Shown piece by piece: positions 53,752 to 62,662 of a DNA stretch of 64,000 nt. Position 1 is the first letter of the stretch. Each line of letters begins with the position of its first letter. The position numbers and the translations under genes were made by a program. The notes under the pieces are model-generated. The model was not told the DNA's origin, ran no database searches, and saw nothing but the letters and a program-made list of their open reading frames with translations. Source of the stretch: Eubacteriales bacterium (GTDB lineage: Bacteria; Bacillota; Clostridia; Oscillospirales; CAG-272); the NCBI GenBank assembly GCA_045632205.1, contig JAZQWH010000192.1:361-64360 (forward strand), read 5' to 3'.

Positions 53752-55119
53752 ATGGGAAAATATTTTGGCACGGACGGCTTCCGCGGGGAGGCGGGTGTTA
53801 CGCTGACGTCCGAGCATGCGTACAAGATCGGCAGATTCCTGGGCTGGTATTATTCGAAGGGGGGCACGCATAAGGTCAAGGCGGTCATCGGAAAGGATAC
53901 CAGACGCTCGAGCTATCTGTTTGAATACGCGATCGTTGCGGGACTCACCGCATCGGGCGCGGACGCGTATATGCTCCACGTCACAACCACTCCCAGCGTT
54001 TCCTACGCAGTGGCGGGAGACGACTTCGATTGCGGAATTATGATCTCCGCAAGCCATAATCCCTTTTACGACAACGGGATCAAGCTGGTCAATGACCGCG
54101 GAGAAAAGATCGACGACGAGACGATCGCACAGATCGAGACCTATCTCGACGGCGATCTGGAATCGCTTGGGATCCACACTCCCGACATTCCCTTTGCAAC
54201 GGGCGCGGATTGCGGACAGATCGTGGACTATGCGGCGGGCAGAAACCGCTACATCGGTTATCTCATCTCGCTCTCGCAATATTCCTTCAAGCAGTTCCGC
54301 ATCGGACTCGACTGTGCGAACGGAAGTGCCTGGATGATTGCAAAGAGTGTGTTTGATGCGCTTGGTGCAAGAACCTATACCATCAACGCAGAGCCTGACG
54401 GTCTGAACATCAACGTCAACGCAGGCTCCACGCATATCGAGGTGCTTGCGAATTACGTCAAGGAAAACGGGCTCGATATGGGCTTTGCCTTTGACGGAGA
54501 TGCGGATCGCTGTATTGCGGTGGATGAGAGGGGTGAGGTCGTCAACGGCGACCACATTATGTACATTCTTGCGATGCAGATGAAGAAGGCGGGAACACTG
54601 ACCAACAATACCGTTGTTACCACCATTATGTCCAACATGGGCTTGTATCAGGCATTGGATGCCGCAGGGATCCAATCCGTACAGACCACGGTTGGCGACC
54701 GCTACGTCTATGAGAATATGCTTCAAACGGGAAACTGCATCGGCGGTGAGCAATCGGGGCACATTATTATGAGCAAGTTTGCCACAACGGGTGACGGTAT
54801 TCTGACCGCCATCAAGCTCGCTGAGGCGGTTGTTGCGACAAAGCTTCCGCTCGGAAAGCTGGCAGAGCCCGTCAAGATGCTTCCGCAGGTTCTCAAGAAC
54901 GTCCGTGTGAGCGACAAGGCGGCGGTACGAGAGAATGCGACGGTACAGGCAAAAATTGCCGAGGTTGCGAAATCTCTCGGTAAGACGGGACGTATCCTGC
55001 TTCGCGAGAGCGGCACTGAGCCGGTCATTCGCGTGATGGTTGAGGGACCTACCGAGGAGATCTGCGAGGCGCACGTTGACAGTGTCATTTCACTGATCTG
55101 CGCTTGCGGTCTTGCGTGA
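53752..55119 (+). CDS. glmM: Phosphoglucosamine mutase
   Basis: MGKYFGTDGFRG N-terminus and active-site SASHNP. 455 aa. Confidence 0.95.
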   Translation: MGKYFGTDGFRGEAGVTLTSEHAYKIGRFLGWYYSKGGTHKVKAVIGKDTRRSSYLFEYAIVAGLTASGADAYMLHVTTTPSVSYAVAGDDFDCGIMISASHNPFYDNGIKLVNDRGEKIDDETIAQIETYLDGDLESLGIHTPDIPFATGADCGQIVDYAAGRNRYIGYLISLSQYSFKQFRIGLDCANGSAWMIAKSVFDALGARTYTINAEPDGLNINVNAGSTHIEVLANYVKENGLDMGFAFDGDADRCIAVDERGEVVNGDHIMYILAMQMKKAGTLTNNTVVTTIMSNMGLYQALDAAGIQSVQTTVGDRYVYENMLQTGNCIGGEQSGHIIMSKFATTGDGILTAIKLAEAVVATKLPLGKLAEPVKMLPQVLKNVRVSDKAAVRENATVQAKIAEVAKSLGKTGRILLRESGTEPVIRVMVEGPTEEICEAHVDSVISLICACGLA

Positions 55120-55147
55120 CGCGTTCCCAAAAAAGGAGGAAGCAGCA

Positions 55148-55834
55148 ATGGCAATCCAAAAGGAAGAACTGACGGTGGCGGCGCTTTACCGCTATCCCGA
55201 GCATTCGATCGCCTATCCCTTTCTTGCGAGCTTTGCATACCCGTGGGAAGCACTTGCATCGATCTCTTCGTTTATTACCGAGATCGGTGCGACACTCTCG
55301 CCCGAGCTTTACGATCGTGTCGGGGAGGACGTTTGGATCGCAAAAAGTGCGCGCGTTGCAAAAACGGCAAGCGTGAGCGGACCTTGCATCATCTGCCCCG
55401 AGGCAGAGGTTCGCCACTGCGCGTTTATCCGCGGCAGTGCGATCATCGGTGCGGGGGCGGTCGTGGGAAATTCGACCGAGCTGAAGAACTGCATTCTGTT
55501 TGACGGTGTGCAGGTTCCGCACTACAACTACGTTGGGGATTCGATCCTCGGCTATAAGTCGCATATGGGCGCGGGGGCGATCACCTCGAACGTCAAGAGC
55601 GACAAAACGCCCGTCGTCGTGCGCGGTGATGGGCTGGCAATTGAAACGGGAAGAAAGAAATTCGGTGCGATGCTGGGCGATTTCGTTGAGGTCGGCTGCA
55701 ACAGTGTGCTCAATCCCGGCACGGTGATCGGCTCGCATTCGAACGTATATCCGCTCTCTTCGGTGCGCGGATGTATTCCCGCAAACAGTATTTACAAATC
55801 AAGCGACCGTATCGTACGGAAGCAACCCAATTGA
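55148..55834 (+). CDS. Left-handed beta-helix (hexapeptide-repeat) acyltransferase, GlmU C-terminal-domain-like
   Basis: Hexapeptide repeats (IGAGAVVGNSTELKNCILFDGVQV..). RBS aggagga precedes ATG 55148. Adjacent to glmM. Confidence 0.65.
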   Translation: MAIQKEELTVAALYRYPEHSIAYPFLASFAYPWEALASISSFITEIGATLSPELYDRVGEDVWIAKSARVAKTASVSGPCIICPEAEVRHCAFIRGSAIIGAGAVVGNSTELKNCILFDGVQVPHYNYVGDSILGYKSHMGAGAITSNVKSDKTPVVVRGDGLAIETGRKKFGAMLGDFVEVGCNSVLNPGTVIGSHSNVYPLSSVRGCIPANSIYKSSDRIVRKQPN

Positions 55835-56075
55835 TCAATGCGCCTCAAAAAATCGATTGGATCAGATCTACCCTTGAAATTGGGGAATCAATAGCGCCAG
55901 GCCGACGGTGTCGGTTAACGAGGAGAGAGGTTATCGAGAATTTCGGCGGATGCCTCTTCGGTGAATTTTCGCGCCGCAAGTCACGGAACAAATATGCGGG
56001 TGACCGCAAAACAAAATTCGGGACGGAAAAATATAAAAAGCAGAAAACGGAGACGTTTTCTGCTTTTTCATTTTG

Positions 56076-57224
56076 TTATTGAATCAATTCCATCGCATCG
56101 AAGTCGAGCGAGTAGACCGCTTTTGCCGCGCGGGGAACTGCAACGGCGATCCTGGAATCAAAGGACTTGGTCTCTCCTGCGCGGAGTCCGTCAAAGAGCC
56201 ATTCGCTCGAGCCTCCGAGGATCTTGTTGTTTGCATCGAGAAACTGATAATGCAGAATGACCGAGCGCAGATCGGTGGGATATTTGCTGGTCATATTTCC
56301 CGAGAAGCGCATAGCGGCGTCCTCCTTGGAGAGACGCAGCTCCGAGAGCGCGATGTGCTTCATCAGAGGTGTTTTCAAACGAAGATAGCTGCCTGCCTTT
56401 GCGGTCGATGCGATCGCGCCTACCGCCGCACCGCGGATCTTTTTTGTCACGCCGTAGTGATAGATCACGCCGGGATCGATGCACGCGATCTTATCCGCGA
56501 TCCGAACGATCTCATTGCCGGATTTATCCTTGAGGATGACGTCCACGGCAACGTCGCACGCCATACGGTCGGGATTGGGGTTTTCAATGTCGATGCCGAG
56601 CGAGAGGGAATAAACATCCTGCTCGCGTACCCCTGCGCTTCCGCCGACTGCGCGGATCTTGAGCGGCAGAGGCTCGGCTTCCGCGCCCTTTGTCAGATCG
56701 TCGAGAATGTTGCGGAAGGATTCGTAATAGCACCACGTGTAGGTTTTTTCGGGGTTGCTCTCGCCCATATAAGCAAATTCCATCAGACAAACGGTGAAGA
56801 GGTTGAGGTAGGAAAGCACCTCGGGAACCTTGCCTGCGTCAATTCCGAGCGCGAGGCAGGTGGACCAATACGAGCCGTCAAGCATCTGGAAGTAGCAGCC
56901 GTATTTCTTCTGAAACGCCTTGAATGCGGAACCGTCGGGATCGGAGAACGCGGAGAGCATCGCGCGTACGGTCTCCTCCTCCACCTCTCCTGCGACTGCA
57001 CGGCGGAAAAAGATCTCGGCGCGGTCAAGCGTCCAGCCCTGCTCCATTGCCTCGGAGAGAAGCGCGAAGGAGAATTGCTCTTTCATATTCAGATCGGGCA
57101 GAAGTGTGCAAAGCTCCACGTTCTTTTCGGGATTGATGGGGCAACGGTAGGCGAGAAAATCCGCCATATCGCGCATTACCTCGCCCGCACTTTTTCCAAC
57201 TGCATTGCGAAATTCGGTTTCCAT
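56076..57224 (-). CDS. Hypothetical protein (382 aa)
   Basis: The minus-frame translation is protein-like. The equally long plus-frame ORF (56073-57290) is R/G/A/H/C-rich, as expected for an antisense shadow. Confidence 0.6.
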   Translation of the reverse strand: METEFRNAVGKSAGEVMRDMADFLAYRCPINPEKNVELCTLLPDLNMKEQFSFALLSEAMEQGWTLDRAEIFFRRAVAGEVEEETVRAMLSAFSDPDGSAFKAFQKKYGCYFQMLDGSYWSTCLALGIDAGKVPEVLSYLNLFTVCLMEFAYMGESNPEKTYTWCYYESFRNILDDLTKGAEAEPLPLKIRAVGGSAGVREQDVYSLSLGIDIENPNPDRMACDVAVDVILKDKSGNEIVRIADKIACIDPGVIYHYGVTKKIRGAAVGAIASTAKAGSYLRLKTPLMKHIALSELRLSKEDAAMRFSGNMTSKYPTDLRSVILHYQFLDANNKILGGSSEWLFDGLRAGETKSFDSRIAVAVPRAAKAVYSLDFDAMELIQ

Positions 57225-57414
57225 AGTGTTTGTAACCTTTCTGCGAAAAAACGCGCACCCCCTTGCAATTTGAGACAAGGTGTGCTATAATACATATCGT
57301 CTGTTTCTTATATTATACACCGCCGTTTCTCTTTTCGCAAGAGGGAAAACGATTTTTCAAGGTGTTTTTTAAGAAATTTGCAATTTCACCTCGCAGTATG
57401 GAAGGAATTTTACC

Positions 57415-58257
57415 ATGTATCGGATTTTGGAGAAGCAGGAACTGAATCCAACCGTCACAAAAATGAAGATCGAAGCTCCCGCGGTTGCAAAAAAAGCACA
57501 GCCGGGGCAGTTTATCATTCTTCGCACGGATGAGAACGGTGAGCGCATTCCGCTTACGGTTGCGGACTATGATGCCGCAGAGGGCAGTGTGACGATCATC
57601 TTTCAGGTCGTCGGCGCAACGACGGAAAAGCTCAATCATATGAACGTTGGCGACTCCTTGCAGGACTTTGTGGGCCCGCTCGGCAGAGCGACCGAGACCG
57701 CAGGAAAAAAGAAGGTTGCGGTTGTCGGCGGCGGTGTCGGGTGTGCGATCGCATATCCCGTTGCCAAGAAGTTTTTTGAGCAGGGAACCGAGGTACACGC
57801 CATCATCGGCTTCCGCAGTGCTTCTCTTGTGATCCTTGAGGAGGAATTCCGTGCGGCATCCTCCAGGTGCGTTTGTATGTCCGATGACGGAAGCTGGGGG
57901 GAGAAGGGGCTTGTGACCGACGCACTCCGCGCACTCATTGAGAGTGGAGAGGAATACGATGAGGTCATCACGATCGGCCCTCTTCCGATGATGAAATTCG
58001 TTTGCAAGCTGACCAAAGAATACGGCATCAAGACCGTTGCCTCGATGAATCCGATTATGATCGACGGAACGGGGATGTGCGGCGGTTGCCGCCTTACGGT
58101 TGGCGGAGAAACCAAGTTTGCCTGCGTGGACGGCCCTGAATTCGACGGACACCTGATCGATTTTGATGAAGCGATCGCGCGTTCCTCGATGTATAAGCCC
58201 TTCGAGCGCCACGCGCACGAGGAGACCTGCAATCTCTTCCAAAAGGAGGTGCGGTAA
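57415..58257 (+). CDS. FAD/NAD-binding ferredoxin-NADP reductase-like subunit with 2Fe-2S site (NfnA / GltD-partner type)
   Basis: RIPLTVADYD, GGGVGCA and C-terminal CGGCRL...C cluster. Confidence 0.75.
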   Translation: MYRILEKQELNPTVTKMKIEAPAVAKKAQPGQFIILRTDENGERIPLTVADYDAAEGSVTIIFQVVGATTEKLNHMNVGDSLQDFVGPLGRATETAGKKKVAVVGGGVGCAIAYPVAKKFFEQGTEVHAIIGFRSASLVILEEEFRAASSRCVCMSDDGSWGEKGLVTDALRALIESGEEYDEVITIGPLPMMKFVCKLTKEYGIKTVASMNPIMIDGTGMCGGCRLTVGGETKFACVDGPEFDGHLIDFDEAIARSSMYKPFERHAHEETCNLFQKEVR

Positions 58258-58258
58258 A

Positions 58259-59644
58259 ATGCCGAATCTGTCGCTTAAGAAAAATCCGATGCCCTCGCAG
58301 GATGCGAAGCTCCGTGCGCGCAATTTTGGAGAGGTGGCACTGGGATACACGAAGGAGATGGCGATCGACGAGGCGGAGCGCTGCCTGAATTGCAAAAATA
58401 TGCCTTGTGTGAGCGGTTGCCCCGTCGGAATTGCCATTCCGAGCTTTATTCAAAAGGTAAAGGTTGGAGAATTTGAGGAAGCGTACCGCATCATTACCCA
58501 ATCCAGCTCTCTCCCTGCCGTATGCGGTCGCGTTTGCCCGCAGGAGACGCAGTGCGAGGGCAAGTGTGTGCGCGGAATCAAGGGTGAGCCTGTCGGCATC
58601 GGTCGCTTGGAGCGCTTTGTTGCCGATTATCACAACGAGACCTGCAAGGAGTCTGCAAAAAGACCTGCCGCCAACGGACGTCGCGTTGCGGTTGTCGGCT
58701 CGGGACCTGCGGGCTTGACCTGTGCGGGCGACCTCGCAAAAAAAGGATATGACGTGACCGTGTTTGAAGCCTTGCACACCGCGGGCGGTGTTTTGGTTTA
58801 CGGAATTCCCGAATTCCGTCTCCCCAAGGCGATCGTTGCAAAGGAGATCCGAACGCTGGAGGAGCTTGGCGTAAAAATCGCCGTCAATACGGTTGTCGGT
58901 AAGACGGTCTCCATCGAGGAGCTGATGCGTGAAGAGGGCTTCGAGGCGGTGTTTATCGGCTCGGGTGCGGGACTTCCGCGCTTTATGCGGATCCCCGGGG
59001 AAAATCTCAAGGGCGTGTACTCTGCCAACGAGTTTTTAACGCGTGTCAATTTGATGAAGGCTTATCGCTCCGACAGCGAAACTCCCGTTCTGCATGCCAA
59101 GCGCGTTGCGGTTGTTGGAGGCGGAAACGTTGCGATGGATGCGGCGCGTTGCGCGCTCCGTCTCGGCGCTGAGGAGGTCTCTGTCGTTTACCGTCGCTCG
59201 CTTGAGGAGCTTCCCGCACGTCGCGAGGAGGTCGAGCATGCAATGGAGGAGGGGATTCAATTCCGCCTTCTGAACAATCCTATCGAGATCATCGGCGATG
59301 AAAACGGCTTTGTCAGCGGTATGCGGTGCATCCGTATGGAGCTTGGGGAGCCCGATGCCTCCGGCAGACGCAGCCCTGTGGAAATTCCCGATTCGGAATT
59401 CCTTCTCACGTGCGATTGCGTGATCATGTCCATCGGTACCTCTCCCAACCCCCTCATCAAGTCTACCACCGAGGGGCTTGAGGTCAACCGACGCGGCGGA
59501 ATCGTGGTCGATGAGGAAACGGGTAAAACTTCCATCGAGGGCGTCTACGCAGGCGGCGATGCCGTCACGGGCGCGGCTACCGTCATCCTCGCTATGGGAG
59601 CAGGCAAAACCGCCGCCCGGGCAATCGATGAGTATTTAGGGTGA
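58259..59644 (+). CDS. NADPH-dependent glutamate synthase-like oxidoreductase (NfnB/GltA type)
   Basis: CLNCKNMPCVSGCPV Fe-S motif and two Rossmann motifs (VAVVGSGPAGL, VAVVGGGNVAMD). Confidence 0.8.
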   Translation: MPNLSLKKNPMPSQDAKLRARNFGEVALGYTKEMAIDEAERCLNCKNMPCVSGCPVGIAIPSFIQKVKVGEFEEAYRIITQSSSLPAVCGRVCPQETQCEGKCVRGIKGEPVGIGRLERFVADYHNETCKESAKRPAANGRRVAVVGSGPAGLTCAGDLAKKGYDVTVFEALHTAGGVLVYGIPEFRLPKAIVAKEIRTLEELGVKIAVNTVVGKTVSIEELMREEGFEAVFIGSGAGLPRFMRIPGENLKGVYSANEFLTRVNLMKAYRSDSETPVLHAKRVAVVGGGNVAMDAARCALRLGAEEVSVVYRRSLEELPARREEVEHAMEEGIQFRLLNNPIEIIGDENGFVSGMRCIRMELGEPDASGRRSPVEIPDSEFLLTCDCVIMSIGTSPNPLIKSTTEGLEVNRRGGIVVDEETGKTSIEGVYAGGDAVTGAATVILAMGAGKTAARAIDEYLG

Positions 59645-59654
59645 TTAATGATAT

Positions 59655-60100
59655 GCGGGGGGAAGGGGAAAACTTCTTGAAAGAAGTTTTCCCCTTCCCC
59701 CCGCGCCCCCTAACCCTTTTCAAGAACTTTTATAGAAGGGAAAATAATAAGATCGGGGTGTGTGCGCTGAGGTGCTGTCGGCACTAAGACCGATATTTCG
59801 GAGCGGCACGTTGCCGCCTTCTTGAAAGAAGTTTTCCCCTTCCCACAGCACCCCTAACCCTTTTCAAGAACTTTTATAGAAGGGAAAATAATAAGATCGG
59901 GGGATATGCGCTGAGGTGTTGACGGTAAAAACACCGGTTATTCGGGGCGGCACGTTGCCGCAATAAGTGTGATACATTGAGGCTCGCACAAGCATTCCCA
60001 TCGGGGGAGTTGTTTGCATTGCAAAAGAGACGACTGATCGGAGCGGCACGTTGCCGCCGGCACGTTGCCGCCAAAAAGGGAAGGTGATTGCTCACCTTCC
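59655..60100. repeat. Intergenic repeat region: long terminator hairpin, ~144-bp tandem duplication, four copies of GGCACGTTGCCGC
   Basis: A 21-bp perfect hairpin at 59657-59702. Units run 59673-59817 and 59818-59962. The motif occurs at 59805, 59949, 60045 and 60059. Confidence 0.8.
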
Positions 60101-60107
60101 CAATTTT

Positions 60108-60671
60108 TTATTCTTTTTTCAGCTGCTCCTCTTGGTAGATATAGTACCGCACGAGGATGCTGCGGTAGAGCAGAAAGCCGAACACAAGCAAGCAAGCCGT
60201 AAGAATCAGTGCGCCGGCACCGATTCCGTTTTGTCCTGCGTTTGCGAGCGGATAGCTCTCTCCTCCGATCTCTGCCGAGACGTCCTCTACCTCCGAAAAG
60301 GCAAGCATATTGGTCTCGGAATAGGCAAGGCGGTATTCCGTATGAGGCGCGATCGTCACGCCAAGCGGAATTTGCACTTCCTTTTCTGCTTTTCCTTTTT
60401 TCAACGTGAGATTCAGTCGATCCACCGTGATGGCATCCCGAGAGTCATTGAACAGCACGCCCGAAACAGCGTTCTCGTTCAAGCCTGCGGCAACGTTGAC
60501 GGGGACGGAGACGACCGAGACCGATTCGCGGATCTTGAGATCTGTGGTTTTGCCGGGCAGAAGCTCAAGAACGGTCAGTGCGAGGAAGAAAAGCGTGAGC
60601 AATCCGAAGACGGCGATCTTGATCGCCTGCTTGGTTTTTGCGTTCATAGCGTGATCAAGCCTTCGTTGCAA
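60108..60671 (-). CDS. Hypothetical membrane-anchored protein (N- and C-terminal TM segments)
   Basis: 187 aa. Overlaps the ackA stop by 17 nt. Confidence 0.55.
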   Translation of the reverse strand: MQRRLDHAMNAKTKQAIKIAVFGLLTLFFLALTVLELLPGKTTDLKIRESVSVVSVPVNVAAGLNENAVSGVLFNDSRDAITVDRLNLTLKKGKAEKEVQIPLGVTIAPHTEYRLAYSETNMLAFSEVEDVSAEIGGESYPLANAGQNGIGAGALILTACLLVFGFLLYRSILVRYYIYQEEQLKKE

Positions 60672-61860
60672 GAGCCTCGGTATCCTTTGCGATCATAAAC
60701 TCCTCGTCGGTCGGGATGACGAAGACCTTGACCTTGGAGCCCTCTGCGGTCAGATCGAGGAACTGTCCGCGCGGAGCGTTGAGGTTGAACTCCTCGTTGA
60801 TCTTGATTCCAAGGAATTCCATATTGGTAAGGATGAGGTTGCGAGCGCGTGCATCGTTCTCGCCCAGACCTGCGGTGAGGACAACAACGTCCAGACCGTT
60901 CATCTCTGCGGCGTAGCTACCGATGAGCTGCTTTGCATAGTGGACGATGAGATCTATTGCGAGCTTTGCGCGGTGGTTGCCCTGATCTGCTGCTGCCCAG
61001 ACGTCGCGTGCGTCGCTGGAGACACCCGAAACACCGATCAGACCGGATTTCTTGTTGAGTGCGTTGTCAACCTCGTCAGCGGTAAGGCCCTGGTTGATCA
61101 TATAGGTTACGATTGCGGGATCGATGGGGCCGCAACGGGTACCCATGGGAAGACCGCCCTGAGGGGTGAAGCCCATAGAGGTATCAACTGCAACGCCGTT
61201 CTTGATTGCGGTAACGGAGGAGCCCGATCCGATATGGCAGGTAACCATCTTCAGCTCGGAGAGGGGCTTGCCAACGTACTCGGCAGCCTTCTGAGAGACG
61301 TAGCGGTGGGAGGTTCCGTGGAAGCCGTAGCGGCGGATGCTGTATTTCTCGGTCCACTCGTAGGGAATCGCGTAAACGTAGGATTCCTCGGGCATATTGC
61401 CGTAGAAGGAGCTATCGAAAACGCCGACCTGAGGAACGGTGGGCATCAGAGCCTTGCACGCCTCAACACCCTTGAGTGCGGGAGGGCCGTGCAGGGGGTT
61501 GATGGGAACGATGGATTCGATGTATGCGAGGGTCTCCTCGTCGAGAATGCGAGATTCCTTGATCTTTCCACCGTGTGCGAAGCGGTGACCGACTGCCTCG
61601 ATTTCAGCGATGTCGGCAACGACACCGATCTCCTTATCGGTGAGCAGATCGAGAACGAGGCTGAGCGCCGCGTTGTGATCGGGGATGGGCGTTTCCTTTT
61701 CGAACTTTGCGCCGTTTGCGGGCTTGTAGGTAACGCTTCCGCTGCCTGCGGCAATACCGATCTTCTCGCAAATACCCTTTGCCAGAACCTCGCCCGTGGT
61801 CATATCAAACAGCTGATACTTGAGCGAAGAGCTTCCGGCGTTGACTACCAGAATTTTCAT
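60655..61860 (-). CDS. ackA: Acetate kinase
   Basis: MKILVVNAGSSSLKYQLF N-terminus and GFHGTSH motif. RBS aaggagg. Confidence 0.95.
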   Translation of the reverse strand: MKILVVNAGSSSLKYQLFDMTTGEVLAKGICEKIGIAAGSGSVTYKPANGAKFEKETPIPDHNAALSLVLDLLTDKEIGVVADIAEIEAVGHRFAHGGKIKESRILDEETLAYIESIVPINPLHGPPALKGVEACKALMPTVPQVGVFDSSFYGNMPEESYVYAIPYEWTEKYSIRRYGFHGTSHRYVSQKAAEYVGKPLSELKMVTCHIGSGSSVTAIKNGVAVDTSMGFTPQGGLPMGTRCGPIDPAIVTYMINQGLTADEVDNALNKKSGLIGVSGVSSDARDVWAAADQGNHRAKLAIDLIVHYAKQLIGSYAAEMNGLDVVVLTAGLGENDARARNLILTNMEFLGIKINEEFNLNAPRGQFLDLTAEGSKVKVFVIPTDEEFMIAKDTEALATKA

Positions 61861-62069
61861 GTTGTTTCCTCCTTGGACTGTCCGCACCGTAGGGGACGGA
61901 CAAAAATTTGAATTCAATGAACCACCTTATATTATAGACCAGATTTTTGAAAAATGCAAGTGCTTTTTTGAAAATGTTGATACTTTGCCGTCATTTTTAT
62001 GCATTTTTTGCAGAAATGGGCACCAAAGAGGCGGTTTGAAAAAAACTTTAAAAAACTTTCAAAAAAGTA

Positions 62070-62098
62070 TTGACAAACGTCGGCTCCTGTGGTATAAT
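62070..62098 (+). promoter_or_regulatory. Promoter TTGACA-N17-TATAAT for the tRNA-Met/tRNA-Glu pair
   Basis: ttgaca 62070-62075 and tataat 62093-62098, about 20 nt before the tRNA. Confidence 0.7.
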
Positions 62099-62117
62099 AT
62101 CCAAGCGTTGGTGATTT

Positions 62118-62194
62118 GGCGGGATAGCTCAGTTGGCTAGAGCAACCGGTTCATACCCGGTAGGTCATGGGTTCAAGTCCAATTCCCGCTACCA
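62118..62194 (+). tRNA. tRNA-Met (anticodon CAU; elongator-like, Ile2 not excluded)
   Basis: GGCGGGATAGCTCAGTTGGCTAGAGCAACCGGTTCATACCCGGT...CCCGCTACCA. There is one G-A mismatch in the T-stem. Confidence 0.8.
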
Positions 62195-62196
62195 TC

Positions 62197-62271
62197 GGCC
62201 CGTTGGTCAAGCGGTTAAGACACCGCCCTTTCACGGCGGTAACAGCAGTTCGATTCTGCTACGGGTCACCA
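62197..62271 (+). tRNA. tRNA-Glu (anticodon UUC), CCA encoded
   Basis: GGCCCGTTGGTCAAGCGGTTAAGACACCGCCCTTTCACGGCGGTAACAGCAGTTCGATTCTGCTACGGGTCACCA. Confidence 0.9.
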
Positions 62272-62273
62272 AC

Positions 62274-62331
62274 GGACAAGCACAGAAAAAGCGCATCGCT
62301 TCAAGGCGATGCGCTTTTTCTGTGCTTGTCC
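62274..62331 (+). terminator. 26-bp perfect hairpin immediately after tRNA-Glu (terminator or processing structure)
   Basis: ggacaagcacagaaaaagcgcatcgc - ttcaag - gcgatgcgctttttctgtgcttgtcc. No trailing T-run. Confidence 0.55.
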
Positions 62332-62436
62332 GGTGCTCATCTGTACAAAACCAATCGGACTGCGCATTTTGCAGGGCGAAATGCATAGCGTGCGAGCAGT
62401 TGCTATGATGCTTAGAGGGTAGGAACGCGCACGCTT

Positions 62437-62541
62437 CAGTTCAGATTCTGCTACGGGTACTACGTTTTGGCGATGCGCTTTTTCTGTGCTTGTCCGTTGC
62501 TCATCTGTACAAAACAAATCGGACTGCGTGCTTTGCAGGGC
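62437..62541. repeat. Second copy of the tRNA-Glu 3' end plus downstream sequence (direct repeat of 62246-62377)
   Basis: cagttcagattctgctacgggt matches cagttcgattctgctacgggt. 62469-62541 is nearly identical to 62305-62377. Confidence 0.8.
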
Positions 62542-62602
62542 AAGCCTGCGAAAGGGAGGTGCTTGGGGAATCATCTCCCAATATTTCCTACCTGCCTGCT
62601 TC

Positions 62603-62631
62603 TTGACAGAGCTGCGCGGCTGTGATATAAT
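62603..62631 (+). promoter_or_regulatory. Promoter TTGACA-N17(TGn)-TATAAT upstream of the GH25 gene
   Basis: ttgaca 62603-62608 and tgatataat ending at 62631. Confidence 0.65.
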
Positions 62632-62662
62632 AATAGGGAATTTTAAATGAAGGAAGTTACAT

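Noticed and set aside
59655-60100. Possible CRISPR array, because a short GC-rich motif recurs.
   Set aside because: The motif spacings are irregular (about 144, 96 and 14 bp). The sequences between motifs are themselves duplicated, which points to a tandem duplication rather than unique spacers. No cas genes are nearby.
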